Source: a virus
Direction: 5' to 3' (one strand)
IMG/VR virus record: IMGVR_UViG_3300027970_000001
Span: 32,001-96,000 of that record
DNA: 64,000 nt
A program made the translations under genes and the position numbers. Below, one piece after another: positions 1 through 9,289 of this stretch; the first letter of the stretch is position 1, and the number at the start of each line of letters is the position of its first letter. Under the pieces are notes generated by a model. The model had not been told where the DNA came from and searched no databases. It was given only the letters and a program-made list of their open reading frames with translations.

Positions 1-1788
1 GGCAAGAAGGCGGATGGCGTCACCCAGAACAACGCCGTGACGTTCTCGTCGTTGACGATCACCTCGTCGAGCAACGCGGCGGATCACGCCTGCGTCACCG
101 CGAGCACGCTCTCGACCGCGTTCCCGAACGGGTCGCTTGGGATCCGGTTCCAGGAGTGTACCTTCAATCACACCGAGTTCGGCGTGACGGTCGCCGCCGA
201 CTCTTGGGTGGTCAAGGACTGCACGTTCAACTACATCCCCGCGAGCGGCGCGGCAGACACCTCGCGCCATCTCGGCATCTACAACATCGGCACGATGGGC
301 TGGGTCGAGAACTGCTCGTTCCCGGCGACCACGGAGGCGACCCCGCGCATCATCGCGATGTTGCTTACCTCCTCGGACTACGACTTCACCCCGGGCGCGA
401 CCAAGAGCGGTGGCTTCTCGGGTGACTTCGTCGTCAAGGGCTGCTCGCAGCTTTCGGGCAACCTTCGCCAGTGGATGGTGATGGAGGTCTTCAAGGCCAA
501 CGGCTTGAACTCGGCTCCGATGGCGGAGCACGGGTTCAACTTCTGGGCGATCGACAACACGCACGGGACCACCTCGGGCGGGTCGTTCAACTTCTACGAA
601 GGCTCGGGCACCAAGGCTCCGCTGAACTTCTTCGGCACGATGTACACGTCGGGCAACTCCATCGGGAGCACGTCGGGTACCGCGAAGGGGATGCTCGCCA
701 TTGACGGCCTCGGGTCCGTTCGCTCGGCTGGCGCTCCGACGTCCTTCTACGTCGATGCGGAGAACAGCGGAGCCGTGTTCTCGCAGGCGCTTGGCGGCGA
801 GTATGTCCAGGGGTCGGCCACGGACAACCTGCTGGCAATCAACTCGACGTTCTACAACAGCCCGAACCCGAACGCCCTCGTGACGATTCTGGCTCCCACC
901 TCGGGCGGCCCTGTCGTTCCGAGCGGCACTGGCGTGAACGTCGGAGGGTACGTCGCTCAGTCGGGCGACCGCATCTTCGTCGTGAACTCGTTCAGCGCCG
1001 TGGAGAGCGGCATCTACGTCTGCGACGCGGGTGACTGGCCGCGCGCTGCGGACTACGCCGCCGGAGCGGACGTCGCCTCGACGTTCTTCTTCGTGTCGCA
1101 GGGCGACGCCGCTGACACGTCGTGGGTGGAGGTCGGCGACCCGGCAATCGTCGGGACGAATGATCTCATCTTCGCCCAGTTCTCGGGCGCAGGCACCTAC
1201 ACGGGCAGTGGCGCTATCAACGTGAGCGCGCAGAACGTCATCTCCGTCATCGAAGGTGGCATCACCACCTCGATGCTGGCGGACGGCAGCGTCACCCCGG
1301 AGAAGCTCTCGTTCGACGCGGCGACGGAGCAGGAACTGATCGACGGGCTCGTGCTCAAGCTCTCGCTCTCGGGCGGAGTGATGAGCGAGAACTCCTCGAT
1401 CTCGTTCGCGAACGACTCGGGGTCCATCCTCGGCCTTGCAGATCTGAGCGCGAACTCGGATCTGAGCGCGGCGGCCAACAAGCGGTACGTTGACGCTGCG
1501 GTGGCTGGCCTCGACTCCCGCACCAGCAAGACCTACGCGCTGGTGCTCTCCGAGGTCCAGGCTGGCACCCCGCTCGTGGGCGGACCCAACGGGAACCTCG
1601 ATGCGGAGCTTCCCGTGATGCCCTCCGACCCTGCGGAGCTTTCTGCCAACTTCGACATCTACCTCAACGGGCAGCTTTTGCAGTCCGGCGCGGGCAACGA
1701 TGTCGAGCGCGGAGTCAACGCGCAGTCCCTCGTGTTTTCCTTCCCGGTGGTCGCAGGCGACAAGCTCTGCGTGGTTCAGTACGCCTGA
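1..1788 (+). CDS. Fibre/spike-like virion structural protein, 5'-truncated by the window edge
   Basis: Frame is open from base 1. Beta-helix-like N-part (FQECTFN, VKDCTFN, VENCSFP); GDRIFV...GIYVC..GDWPRAAD...FFVSQG module seen in phage fibres; AANKRYVD motif; C-terminal FDIYLNGQLL...GDKLCV domain. Confidence 0.65.
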   Translation, partial: GKKADGVTQNNAVTFSSLTITSSSNAADHACVTASTLSTAFPNGSLGIRFQECTFNHTEFGVTVAADSWVVKDCTFNYIPASGAADTSRHLGIYNIGTMGWVENCSFPATTEATPRIIAMLLTSSDYDFTPGATKSGGFSGDFVVKGCSQLSGNLRQWMVMEVFKANGLNSAPMAEHGFNFWAIDNTHGTTSGGSFNFYEGSGTKAPLNFFGTMYTSGNSIGSTSGTAKGMLAIDGLGSVRSAGAPTSFYVDAENSGAVFSQALGGEYVQGSATDNLLAINSTFYNSPNPNALVTILAPTSGGPVVPSGTGVNVGGYVAQSGDRIFVVNSFSAVESGIYVCDAGDWPRAADYAAGADVASTFFFVSQGDAADTSWVEVGDPAIVGTNDLIFAQFSGAGTYTGSGAINVSAQNVISVIEGGITTSMLADGSVTPEKLSFDAATEQELIDGLVLKLSLSGGVMSENSSISFANDSGSILGLADLSANSDLSAAANKRYVDAAVAGLDSRTSKTYALVLSEVQAGTPLVGGPNGNLDAELPVMPSDPAELSANFDIYLNGQLLQSGAGNDVERGVNAQSLVFSFPVVAGDKLCVVQYA

Positions 1789-1804
1789 TAGATAGAAGGT
1801 AGCC

Positions 1805-2320
1805 ATGAGTACCCTCCCCCGAGACGTTCGCATCCAGGCTCTTCACGAGGTCGGCGTCAAGATTGACGACACCCTCGAAAGCGCAAGGCTTGAAACGGCT
1901 CGGCGGGAGGGCGCTCACGCAGCCTACGTCAATGCGGCAAAGGCCCTGTCGGCTTACCCCGAGGCCGCCTCCGTGTGCTCCAACCTCGCGGCCCAGGCCC
2001 ACAACCTCGTCTTCGCCTCGAAGGGCGCTGAGATTCAGTCCAAGTCGCTCGTGGCTCTTTTGAAGGGCATGCACGATCTTGAGGTCGCCAGGAAGCAGCG
2101 AGAGACGGAGCCGCTCGTCGCGGCCGAGCCGGCCGCTTCGGATGAAGGGGCTCCTCCAGCTCCGCTTGATGCGCCTCAAGCTCATGGCGCAAAGCCCGTG
2201 AGGAATCTTCGTCGCTCCATAAGAGAGGAGCGCCTCGCTCTTGAGGCTTCTAAGTCGGCTGAGGCAGCAGCAGCGAGCGCTCCAAAGCGCCGCGGACGGC
2301 CTCCCAAGAATACCCGCTGA
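1805..2320 (+). CDS. Hypothetical protein with C-terminal AT-hook-like motif
   Basis: SD-like GAAGG upstream; ends PKRRGRPPKNTR (RGRP core). Confidence 0.6.
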   Translation: MSTLPRDVRIQALHEVGVKIDDTLESARLETARREGAHAAYVNAAKALSAYPEAASVCSNLAAQAHNLVFASKGAEIQSKSLVALLKGMHDLEVARKQRETEPLVAAEPAASDEGAPPAPLDAPQAHGAKPVRNLRRSIREERLALEASKSAEAAAASAPKRRGRPPKNTR

Positions 2321-2421
2321 GAAGCGGACGCGAAGGGGAACGATCGCCAGGGGCCCGCAGGGGGCCCTTGTCGTTCGCCCTCGTGGCGATTGCCGCCATG
2401 TTGGGCCTTGGAGGCACATCA

Positions 2422-2745
2422 ATGGACGGTAAAGACTTCTCTCTCATCTTCGGAACTTTGTTCCACACCGTGAGCCTGATCGGCGTCTCGGCGATGGTGC
2501 TCTTCCTCTTCGGCAGGGAGAACAGCATCGTCGAAGGATGGCCCAGGTACCGGGCCATGTGGATCAAGGCCGCCCTCTCCCTCGTCGCCGGAGGCCACGC
2601 CCTCGGCCTCATGAGCTTTGCGCCTGTGTCATTCCCAGAGATGGTTCTGGTTGGAGGACTTGCTCTGTTATGGTGCTGGGTTGCGCTGTTTCACTTTCAC
2701 ACGTTTTCTGAGCGCGGCGCGTACACCGACGGAGATCTCGAATGA
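2422..2745 (+). CDS. Holin-like multi-pass membrane protein
   Basis: GGAGG upstream; 3-4 hydrophobic segments; overlaps the amidase start (ATGA). Confidence 0.5.
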   Translation: MDGKDFSLIFGTLFHTVSLIGVSAMVLFLFGRENSIVEGWPRYRAMWIKAALSLVAGGHALGLMSFAPVSFPEMVLVGGLALLWCWVALFHFHTFSERGAYTDGDLE

Positions 2746-3434
2746 GCGGCATCAACTTTCTCGACCTGAGGCACCAGCAGAGCAACCCCTTCCCCAGCAA
2801 GAAGAAACTGGACGGCTCTACCATCTCCACCAGCAAGGTCATCAAAGGAAAGACGTACGAGCGAGACCCGAAGACCGTCGATGGGATCGTGATTCATCAG
2901 ACGGCCTGCGTGTTCGGCCCCCAGAGCGACCCGGACCGAAAACACCGTCGGGCTCTCGGCATTCCGGCACACGCCGTCGCCTTCCGTGATGGGTGCGTCG
3001 TGCTCACCGCGCCTTTCTCTTGGTACCTCTACCACGGCAACGGATTCAACCAGCGGTCTCTCGGCCTTGAGTGCGAAGGCCAGTACCCCGGCCTCATGGA
3101 CAACCCCAAGACGCCCAGGCGCGAAGACGAGGCGACCATCTGGAAGAGCGCAACACCAACGCCACTTGACGAACTTGCCGTCCAGACGTTCAGGTCCGCG
3201 CTCACTCGGCTGGTAGAAGACGGCAGGGAGGCCGGCATGCCCATCAAGTACATCTGGGCGCACCGGCAGTCGAACGGCCAGAAGCCCTCCGACCCGGGTC
3301 AGGAAATCTGGCAGCGCGTCGTCGTCGACTTCGGCATCCCAGTGCTTCGCCTTGAGGCACGCGTCACGGACACGTTGGGCGACGGGAAGCAAATCCCCGC
3401 AGCCTGGCACCCTGGCGCAACCGCCCTCTATTGA
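2742..3434 (+). CDS. N-acetylmuramoyl-L-alanine amidase (Amidase_2-type endolysin)
   Basis: GIVIHQTA, PAHAV, YHGNGFN..SLGLECEG and IWAHRQ..KPSDPG zinc-amidase motifs. Confidence 0.85.
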   Translation: MSGINFLDLRHQQSNPFPSKKKLDGSTISTSKVIKGKTYERDPKTVDGIVIHQTACVFGPQSDPDRKHRRALGIPAHAVAFRDGCVVLTAPFSWYLYHGNGFNQRSLGLECEGQYPGLMDNPKTPRREDEATIWKSATPTPLDELAVQTFRSALTRLVEDGREAGMPIKYIWAHRQSNGQKPSDPGQEIWQRVVVDFGIPVLRLEARVTDTLGDGKQIPAAWHPGATALY

Positions 3435-3438
3435 AAGC

Positions 3439-3495
3439 GGACGGCCCGGAACTCGCCTGGGAGGGGGGGAACCCAGACCGCGTCTCGGGCCGTCC
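3439..3495. terminator. GC-rich hairpin between convergent genes
   Basis: Perfect 10-bp inverted repeat GGACGGCCCG (3439-3448)/CGGGCCGTCC (3486-3495) enclosing an inner CTGGG/CCCAG stem. Confidence 0.45.
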
Positions 3496-3590
3496 TGAAA
3501 CAAAGCTAGCCTCTCGGCTTTTCGCTGTCCAGCTCTAAAGTCTTGTTTTTTCAGCAGAAAACTGATAGAAACGAGTAGAAGTATTTTGTG

Positions 3591-4229
3591 TCAGTCAACG
3601 TCCGCGGCCCAAGACGGACGGATGTAGAAGTCGTTGTGGGTGTGGCCGCACGAGACCGGGATGAGGCCAAGCCGGTTGGCCCTGTTCCTGTCCATGCTTC
3701 CCCCCCAGTCACTCACGGTGCTTTCGCATCGGTCATCGACCTCGCCCCGGACGATCCTTCCCGCGTGCTCGTACAGGGCCATCCACGCCTCCCGATACGC
3801 CGACCACGGCGCGTGGCGCTGGATCCTGACAGACCCGTCTCGCTGAGGAACGTACCGCTCGGTGGGCCAGTTTGCAGGCTCGCTGCCTTGGGGGTTCAAG
3901 AATACCAGCCACGACCGGCCTCCGGTCCTGCTCGTGTCGAACAGCCGTCGCGAGTAGGCGCGGGCAAACGAGATGAACTGCATGTCGGTCTGGTCCGCGC
4001 CAAAGCTCAGCGACGAGTGGATGGCAGCGCAGTCGTCCGAGAAGACAAACTCGCTCCGGTCCCCGTCGCCGTCCCTGTCCTCGGCATCCCGCTCTGGAAG
4101 TCCAGCTTCCGAGGCGCAGATACGCGCAAGACCAAGCTGATCTGATACGCGCTCGCGAGTCTGAGAAACCGCAGTGGACGCGGCCCCGAGAACCGCAGCC
4201 ACGACCAGAATCTTGCTCATGTTTCGCAT
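3591..4229 (-). CDS. Secreted SleB/Hydrolase_2-like cell-wall hydrolase
   Basis: Signal peptide MRNMSKILVVAAVLGAASTA; LARICASEAG and CGHTHNDFY resemble SleB-type motifs. Confidence 0.45.
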   Translation of the reverse strand: MRNMSKILVVAAVLGAASTAVSQTRERVSDQLGLARICASEAGLPERDAEDRDGDGDRSEFVFSDDCAAIHSSLSFGADQTDMQFISFARAYSRRLFDTSRTGGRSWLVFLNPQGSEPANWPTERYVPQRDGSVRIQRHAPWSAYREAWMALYEHAGRIVRGEVDDRCESTVSDWGGSMDRNRANRLGLIPVSCGHTHNDFYIRPSWAADVD

Positions 4230-4369
4230 ACGGGAATCTCCTTCGGCGGCCACAATAGATCGCGATCTTTGATGGCGCAAGCTAGGAAGGCAGATTTGTG
4301 TGTCTCGTTGGTCTCTTTTGTTGGGGCGCCGCTGTTGTGCCAGCTTGGTTTTGGTGTAGAATCTTGCCC

Positions 4370-5326
4370 ATGTCAGCCGCACCGCCCATCCATCCGAACA
4401 GCGCTCGCCTAGTCAGCCGCATGGGCATTCGTCCAGGCCGGACCACCGGAAGTCCTCGCATGCACGCGGGCATCGACGTTGGCTCGACGACTCCCGGCGC
4501 TCCGGTGATGTCGATGTCCAATGGCGTGGTCGAACGGGTTGGCAACAACGCGAGCGTCAACGACCCCCTACGTGGCTATGGCGATGCGGTCGTCATCAAG
4601 TCCGACGGCGAGGACCGCTGGGTTCTCTACGCGCACATGTCGAACCCGCGCGTTCGCACGGGCGAGCGCGTTCAGGCTGGGCAGGTCATCGGCAACGTGT
4701 CGAACACGACGAACGGCCAGTTCAGCCCACTGCCCGGAGAGTCCCTGGCGCAGTTCAGGGCGCGCAAGACTGCCGAGGGCGTTGCTCCGCGCGTGATGGT
4801 TCCTCACCTTCACATCGAGGTGCGCGGGCCCCGCCGCGACGGCACCTCGCCCTTCCTGCCGCTGCCGACGGCGTATCCGCAGACCGTGGCTCAGGCGGTG
4901 TACAACGTGAACCCGCAGGAGTGGATGGCCAGCAAGGGCATCACCTTCGGCGCCCGCGGTGCCACCGTGATTGCCCCCGGCTCTGCTGCCGCGCGTAACC
5001 AGGGCACCTGGAATCGTGGCGTTGCTGGCCTTGGCATGACCACCGCTCAGGCGAACGCTGCGATGGGCTGGACGCCTGCCAAGCTCAAGGCGTACTGGGA
5101 CGCGAAGGCCAACGCCTGCCAGTACATGGCGGACGAGGGAAACTGCTTGGCTCAGGTGGCGCAGCACGTCCCGGTGACGCTGGGCGGCATGGGCCAGTAC
5201 GAACCGGTTCGGTTCGAGCGCGACATCCGGTTCGGCCTGACTCCTCTTCAGTGGGGCCTTGTCGCCGCGACCGGCGTTGCGGCGCTCGGCTCTGTCGCCC
5301 TTCTCATTCGTCGCCGGAGGCGCTGA
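4370..5326 (+). CDS. M23 peptidase with C-terminal membrane anchor and Arg tail
   Basis: HAGID, LYAHM and PHLHIE M23 zinc motifs; ends WGLVAATGVAALGSVALLIRRRRR. Confidence 0.85.
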   Translation: MSAAPPIHPNSARLVSRMGIRPGRTTGSPRMHAGIDVGSTTPGAPVMSMSNGVVERVGNNASVNDPLRGYGDAVVIKSDGEDRWVLYAHMSNPRVRTGERVQAGQVIGNVSNTTNGQFSPLPGESLAQFRARKTAEGVAPRVMVPHLHIEVRGPRRDGTSPFLPLPTAYPQTVAQAVYNVNPQEWMASKGITFGARGATVIAPGSAAARNQGTWNRGVAGLGMTTAQANAAMGWTPAKLKAYWDAKANACQYMADEGNCLAQVAQHVPVTLGGMGQYEPVRFERDIRFGLTPLQWGLVAATGVAALGSVALLIRRRRR

Positions 5327-6957
5327 TGTACGCGGTCATTCCGAATCCTCCGAACGACCGGCTGAAGTACATCGCCAAGACGTACGAGAGGCAGCCTTGG
5401 ATCGTGATGGACATGATCGACATCATGTCCAACACGGTGGGCGAAGGGTACTGGTTCGACTTCTTCCGCGGCGGAGACGTGATCTCGGCGCCGCTGAAGA
5501 AGGCGCTCAGCATGCTGACCTGGTCTGACGACCAGAGCGTCGGCAAGCAATCCGTCGAGGGCAGGGCCACGATCTCGGATGTTCGCAAGAACGAGATCAT
5601 GCAGGCGGCCAGGAACACCGAGCTTGCCAAAGAGCTTGTCGAACGAATGTCCGAGTGGGACGATTTCAAGGCGCCAAGCGTCGCCGACAAGGCCTATTCG
5701 TGGATGGCCACGCAGCTCGCCAAGCTGTTCAAGGCTGGCGACTTGGATGCCTACACGGACGCGGTGCAGCAGTTCAAGGCGCGTGGCTCGGCCATCGGCG
5801 CGTGGGTGCAGGAGACCGGGCCCAGCCTGACCCAGATGACCTACGGCCAGGTCATAGACGCTGTCGATGAGTTCCAGCCTTCCACCGATACGCCTCCGAC
5901 TCAGTACGAGGCTGTCTACACGTTCCCCGACAAGTGGACCGTACAGAAGCTCCCTGGCGACTACTGCGAAGAAGAGGCGGATGCGATGCAGCACTGCGGC
6001 ACCGCAGAGCGCCGCGGTTCTGTCCTCTACTCGATCCGAGACCCGAAGGGCTTCCCCCACGTCACAGTCGAGTACCACCCGAAGACCAAGGACGTTGTCC
6101 AGGTCAGGGGCAAGCAGAATCAGCCTGCGATTGCGAAGTACCAGAAGTACGCGGACGAGTTCTTGGCGACGCTGCCGAGGCTGCCGAAGCACGTCGAAGC
6201 GCTTATGAAGGTGATCAGAGAAAGCCCGTACGACGACGGCCAAGAGTACGATGTTGAACTCGCCCTGGAGTGGGCAAACGCTGGCTTCAACGCGTCTGAG
6301 CTTTCCGACTGGCTGGACGCGGGTCTTGAAGTGGGACGATCTGACGTGGCAGAGGTTCTTGCGTCGGAAGACGTCTCCCCGGCAGAGTTTACGACCTTCC
6401 CCTACCCGGTGCTTGAGCTGATCCAATACGACAGCGGCGGGTTCGACACGGACCTGATCGGCATTGCCCGCCTGTATGTCGCGATGGCAGGACGCATGCC
6501 GGTTCGTCGTCAAACTGAGTTTGAGTTTGCTGTCCAAAAGAAGCAGCCCCTCCCGCCTGGGAGGTTCAAAGGCACAGAGGGGCTTGCTCAGATGCTCAAG
6601 GATGACCGCCAGCGTCTTCTTGAGGCGCAGGACTGGGTCGACGCTGGGAGGCGCGCGAAGATCTACGCGGAGCCTGGCGCGATGGCTGGCTGGTGGTCTC
6701 GCGGGTTCACTCTGCGTGAGCTTGAACGGTGGAGCGAGGAAGGCATCACCGACAGCCGGGTCGCCGAGGCTCTCGTCAGTTTCGGGATCGGCGCTCATGA
6801 CCTGGAAGATCTGAACGTGGGCGTCAGATCGATGGGCGGTCCGAAGGCAGACGACGTCCAGGGCATCGTTGCCGCCGTGGAGAAGAAGAGGCTCAGCGCC
6901 AACCGCTCCAGGCGCCGAACGTCAGTCCGCGTTGCTAGGAAGACCTCTCGGCGGTAG
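5326..6957 (+). CDS. PcfJ-like domain protein (paralogue family), tagged at both ends
   Basis: WTVQKL..EEEADAMQHCG..LYSIRDPKGFPHVTVE; starts MYAVIPNPP; ends LSANRSRRRTSVRVARKTSRR. Confidence 0.7.
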   Translation: MYAVIPNPPNDRLKYIAKTYERQPWIVMDMIDIMSNTVGEGYWFDFFRGGDVISAPLKKALSMLTWSDDQSVGKQSVEGRATISDVRKNEIMQAARNTELAKELVERMSEWDDFKAPSVADKAYSWMATQLAKLFKAGDLDAYTDAVQQFKARGSAIGAWVQETGPSLTQMTYGQVIDAVDEFQPSTDTPPTQYEAVYTFPDKWTVQKLPGDYCEEEADAMQHCGTAERRGSVLYSIRDPKGFPHVTVEYHPKTKDVVQVRGKQNQPAIAKYQKYADEFLATLPRLPKHVEALMKVIRESPYDDGQEYDVELALEWANAGFNASELSDWLDAGLEVGRSDVAEVLASEDVSPAEFTTFPYPVLELIQYDSGGFDTDLIGIARLYVAMAGRMPVRRQTEFEFAVQKKQPLPPGRFKGTEGLAQMLKDDRQRLLEAQDWVDAGRRAKIYAEPGAMAGWWSRGFTLRELERWSEEGITDSRVAEALVSFGIGAHDLEDLNVGVRSMGGPKADDVQGIVAAVEKKRLSANRSRRRTSVRVARKTSRR

Positions 6958-6967
6958 GGTGGTAACG

Positions 6968-7360
6968 ATGGATCGCAAGAAGCTCTGGGCAGAAGACTTC
7001 GAGGGCAATCGCCTTAGCGGCGAGGACATGGAAGCCGACCTGACCTTCGAGGACATGGACAATGTCAACACGAAGGCAGTCAAGAGCGGCATGATCTTGC
7101 GGACCAACTGCCCGCAGTGCGGCAAGCAGGTCAAGGAGCTGGTGAACTGGGCAGAGATTGCCTGCTGGTTCCTCGGCAAGCCCGTCGCCGGGTGTGCTGC
7201 CCGTCGCGATGGCATGCACGTCGTGCTCGCGTGCCGGTGCGGCAAGCCCTCCGAGATGTTCTTCACCTGGACGGAGATCCGGGGATTTGTCGACCAGGGC
7301 GTCGGCGGCGGGTCCCTCAAGCCTCAGATTTATCAGGCGGCGGGCCTCACGGCCGTCTGA
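6968..7360 (+). CDS. Hypothetical zinc-binding protein
   Basis: CPQC and CRC motifs; GC3-typical frame. Confidence 0.55.
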   Translation: MDRKKLWAEDFEGNRLSGEDMEADLTFEDMDNVNTKAVKSGMILRTNCPQCGKQVKELVNWAEIACWFLGKPVAGCAARRDGMHVVLACRCGKPSEMFFTWTEIRGFVDQGVGGGSLKPQIYQAAGLTAV

Positions 7361-7803
7361 GTCTTCTTGGGCTCGGATTGCCTCGGCTGGGGAGGAAACT
7401 CCCCTCCGAGGCTTTCCAGTCTCTTCTGAGCCGCCTGCCTGAAGCCATCCAGCGCAGCCCTGCATTGGATGATGTGGGCACGCGCGCCCGCGTCCATGCC
7501 GGCCTTGATGCACTCGCAGTCGATCTGGTCGAGCCTGAGCATGAAGCAGAGGAAGAAGGACACGTCGCCGCGCTTGATGGCGACCAGGACCTCCTCCTCG
7601 TCCCTCTCGTAGAACGTCTTGGCGATGCCCTCGCACCAGATGGGCAGCTTCGTCAGGTACCTCTCGTGGAGGTAGACCTTCTCGCGAATCCCACGCCATA
7701 CGCGGCCAAGCGCTCCCTTGGTGGAAGACCCGAGCGTCTTTTTCAAGAGCGCCCTGTCCGCCGCCGACAGCGCGGTCCTAGGGTGGTCCTTGCTGAAGGG
7801 CAT
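7333..7803 (-). CDS. Hypothetical protein
   Basis: Directly follows the phosphatase ORF; plausible composition. Confidence 0.55.
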   Translation of the reverse strand: MPFSKDHPRTALSAADRALLKKTLGSSTKGALGRVWRGIREKVYLHERYLTKLPIWCEGIAKTFYERDEEEVLVAIKRGDVSFFLCFMLRLDQIDCECIKAGMDAGARAHIIQCRAALDGFRQAAQKRLESLGGEFPPQPRQSEPKKTQTAVRPAA

Positions 7804-7804
7804 C

Positions 7805-8278
7805 TTACCTGCGCGCGTTCCGAACGTGCTGCTCGAACATCGGATTGCAGAGCGGCATCATGCCCTCTTCGGGCGCGCGACGGTTGCGGCGGATAAGCTC
7901 AATCGCCTGTCCTCCCGTCATGTTGTACAGGCTCATCAGCGTGAACGCGCTGACAAGGCCCGACCGGTTGACGCCCATCGCGCAGGTGCTCGCGACCGTT
8001 CGTCCCGACCGAATCTGACTGGCCAGCTCTGCGCCGACCGACCGGATGGCCTCCGCGAACTCCTTCGGCAGGGGACGGTACGGGTCATCGTCGAGAGGGA
8101 TTCGGATCACGGCCTTGCCAGGCGGAGGCTTGAGCCTCGGCTGCTTTTCCTCGGCGCACAGCACCAGGGTGTCGATGACCGAAAAAGCCTCGATGGGAGG
8201 GTTTGGAAACCCACCCTGAATGAGCTTCCCCGGCACGACCCAGTCGTAGTTCCAGTCAAGTTGCTTCTTGTATGACAT
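7805..8278 (-). CDS. Dual-specificity/tyrosine protein phosphatase
   Basis: CX5R loop TCAMGVNRSG and an upstream PLDDD general-acid loop. Confidence 0.85.
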   Translation of the reverse strand: MSYKKQLDWNYDWVVPGKLIQGGFPNPPIEAFSVIDTLVLCAEEKQPRLKPPPGKAVIRIPLDDDPYRPLPKEFAEAIRSVGAELASQIRSGRTVASTCAMGVNRSGLVSAFTLMSLYNMTGGQAIELIRRNRRAPEEGMMPLCNPMFEQHVRNARR

Positions 8279-8366
8279 CGTCGGCGCCACCATAGCACGG
8301 ACGCAGGAAGCGCTTGCGTACATTCGACAGACTCTGCTAGGTTCGGCGCCTCATCCAAGGAGGGGT

Positions 8367-8681
8367 ATGACGATCGTGGACGAACGCGGACACGAGTGGA
8401 GCGGAGGTGTATGCGATCGATGCGGAGGCCGGTCAGACTGGCCCCTTGCCAGGCAGGCTTGCCCGGTACGCCCGACCAAGCGCACATCCGCAAAGCTCTC
8501 TGACGAAGAGGCCCGCGAGCGAGCCAGGCTTCAGCAGCGAGAGCGCAGAGCCCGCATGAACTCCGAATCCCTCCGCGAGATGAACCGTCGGCACAAGCGC
8601 GCCCAGCGGGAGCGGGAGCGTCAGAACCGGATCGATGACGTCGTCTCAGTCCATGGGATCGAGGTTCGGGAGGTCGGCTGA
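8367..8681 (+). CDS. Small Zn-ribbon/basic helical protein
   Basis: AGGAGGGG SD; CDRC...C followed by an Arg/Glu helix. Confidence 0.55.
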   Translation: MTIVDERGHEWSGGVCDRCGGRSDWPLARQACPVRPTKRTSAKLSDEEARERARLQQRERRARMNSESLREMNRRHKRAQRERERQNRIDDVVSVHGIEVREVG

Positions 8682-8683
8682 AC

Positions 8684-9289
8684 GTGAAACTGGTGTGGCT
8701 GGACATCGAAACAAGCGGCTTGGACGAGCGCAACGGCCTCATCCTTGAGGTTGCCGTCGCGCTGACCGACGACGCGTCTCTCAGCATCGAGCACGAGCGG
8801 AACTGGGTCGTTCATTGGGACGACATCACCCTCGACTACAAGCTCGGCGGATGGGCTCGGCATCAGCATGGGCAAAGCGGCTTGCTCGATGCGGTGAGGC
8901 TGTCGACGACGGGCATGTGGCCGGTTCGTCAAGAACTCGCAGCCTTCATCGCCCAGCATGTGAAGGAAGGGGACGGTGTCCTGGCGGGCAACAGCGTCGG
9001 TACGTTCGACCGCGTATGGCTCAGGTACCACGCCCCAGAGGTGGTGGAGCGCCTCCACTACCGCGTGTTCGATGTATCCTCACTTCGGATGCAGATGCAG
9101 CTTTGGGCTCCCACGTCACGCGCCGGAGACCTCGCCGCCGAGCGCAGCGAAAGCGGCCATACGCGGCCTCATCGCGCCATGGACGACTTGAGGGAGACGA
9201 TCGAAGAGGCTCGCGTCTACCGCGAGTTCATACGCCAAGCCGCGCTCGCGCCTTCGGTTTTGACGCAAACCACGCGACGCCAACAATGA
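8684..9289 (+). CDS. orn: Oligoribonuclease (DEDDh exonuclease)
   Basis: LVWLDIETSGLD, LAGNSV..DR, HYRVFDVSSL and HRAMDD match the Orn family. Confidence 0.85.
   Translation: MKLVWLDIETSGLDERNGLILEVAVALTDDASLSIEHERNWVVHWDDITLDYKLGGWARHQHGQSGLLDAVRLSTTGMWPVRQELAAFIAQHVKEGDGVLAGNSVGTFDRVWLRYHAPEVVERLHYRVFDVSSLRMQMQLWAPTSRAGDLAAERSESGHTRPHRAMDDLRETIEEARVYREFIRQAALAPSVLTQTTRRQQ

Noticed and set aside
5248-6798. Long antisense ORF (516 aa); likewise 11965-12978, 23858-25144, 25141-26295 and 48526-49611
   Set aside because: These are shadow frames of recognisable genes, which is expected in GC-rich DNA. Only the C-terminal 166 aa of 48526-49611 (from 49026) looks real.
8367-8681. VCDRCGGRS shared with 37037-37231 as a mobile mini-domain
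   Set aside because: It is only nine residues of a generic Zn knuckle, with divergent codons and unrelated flanks.
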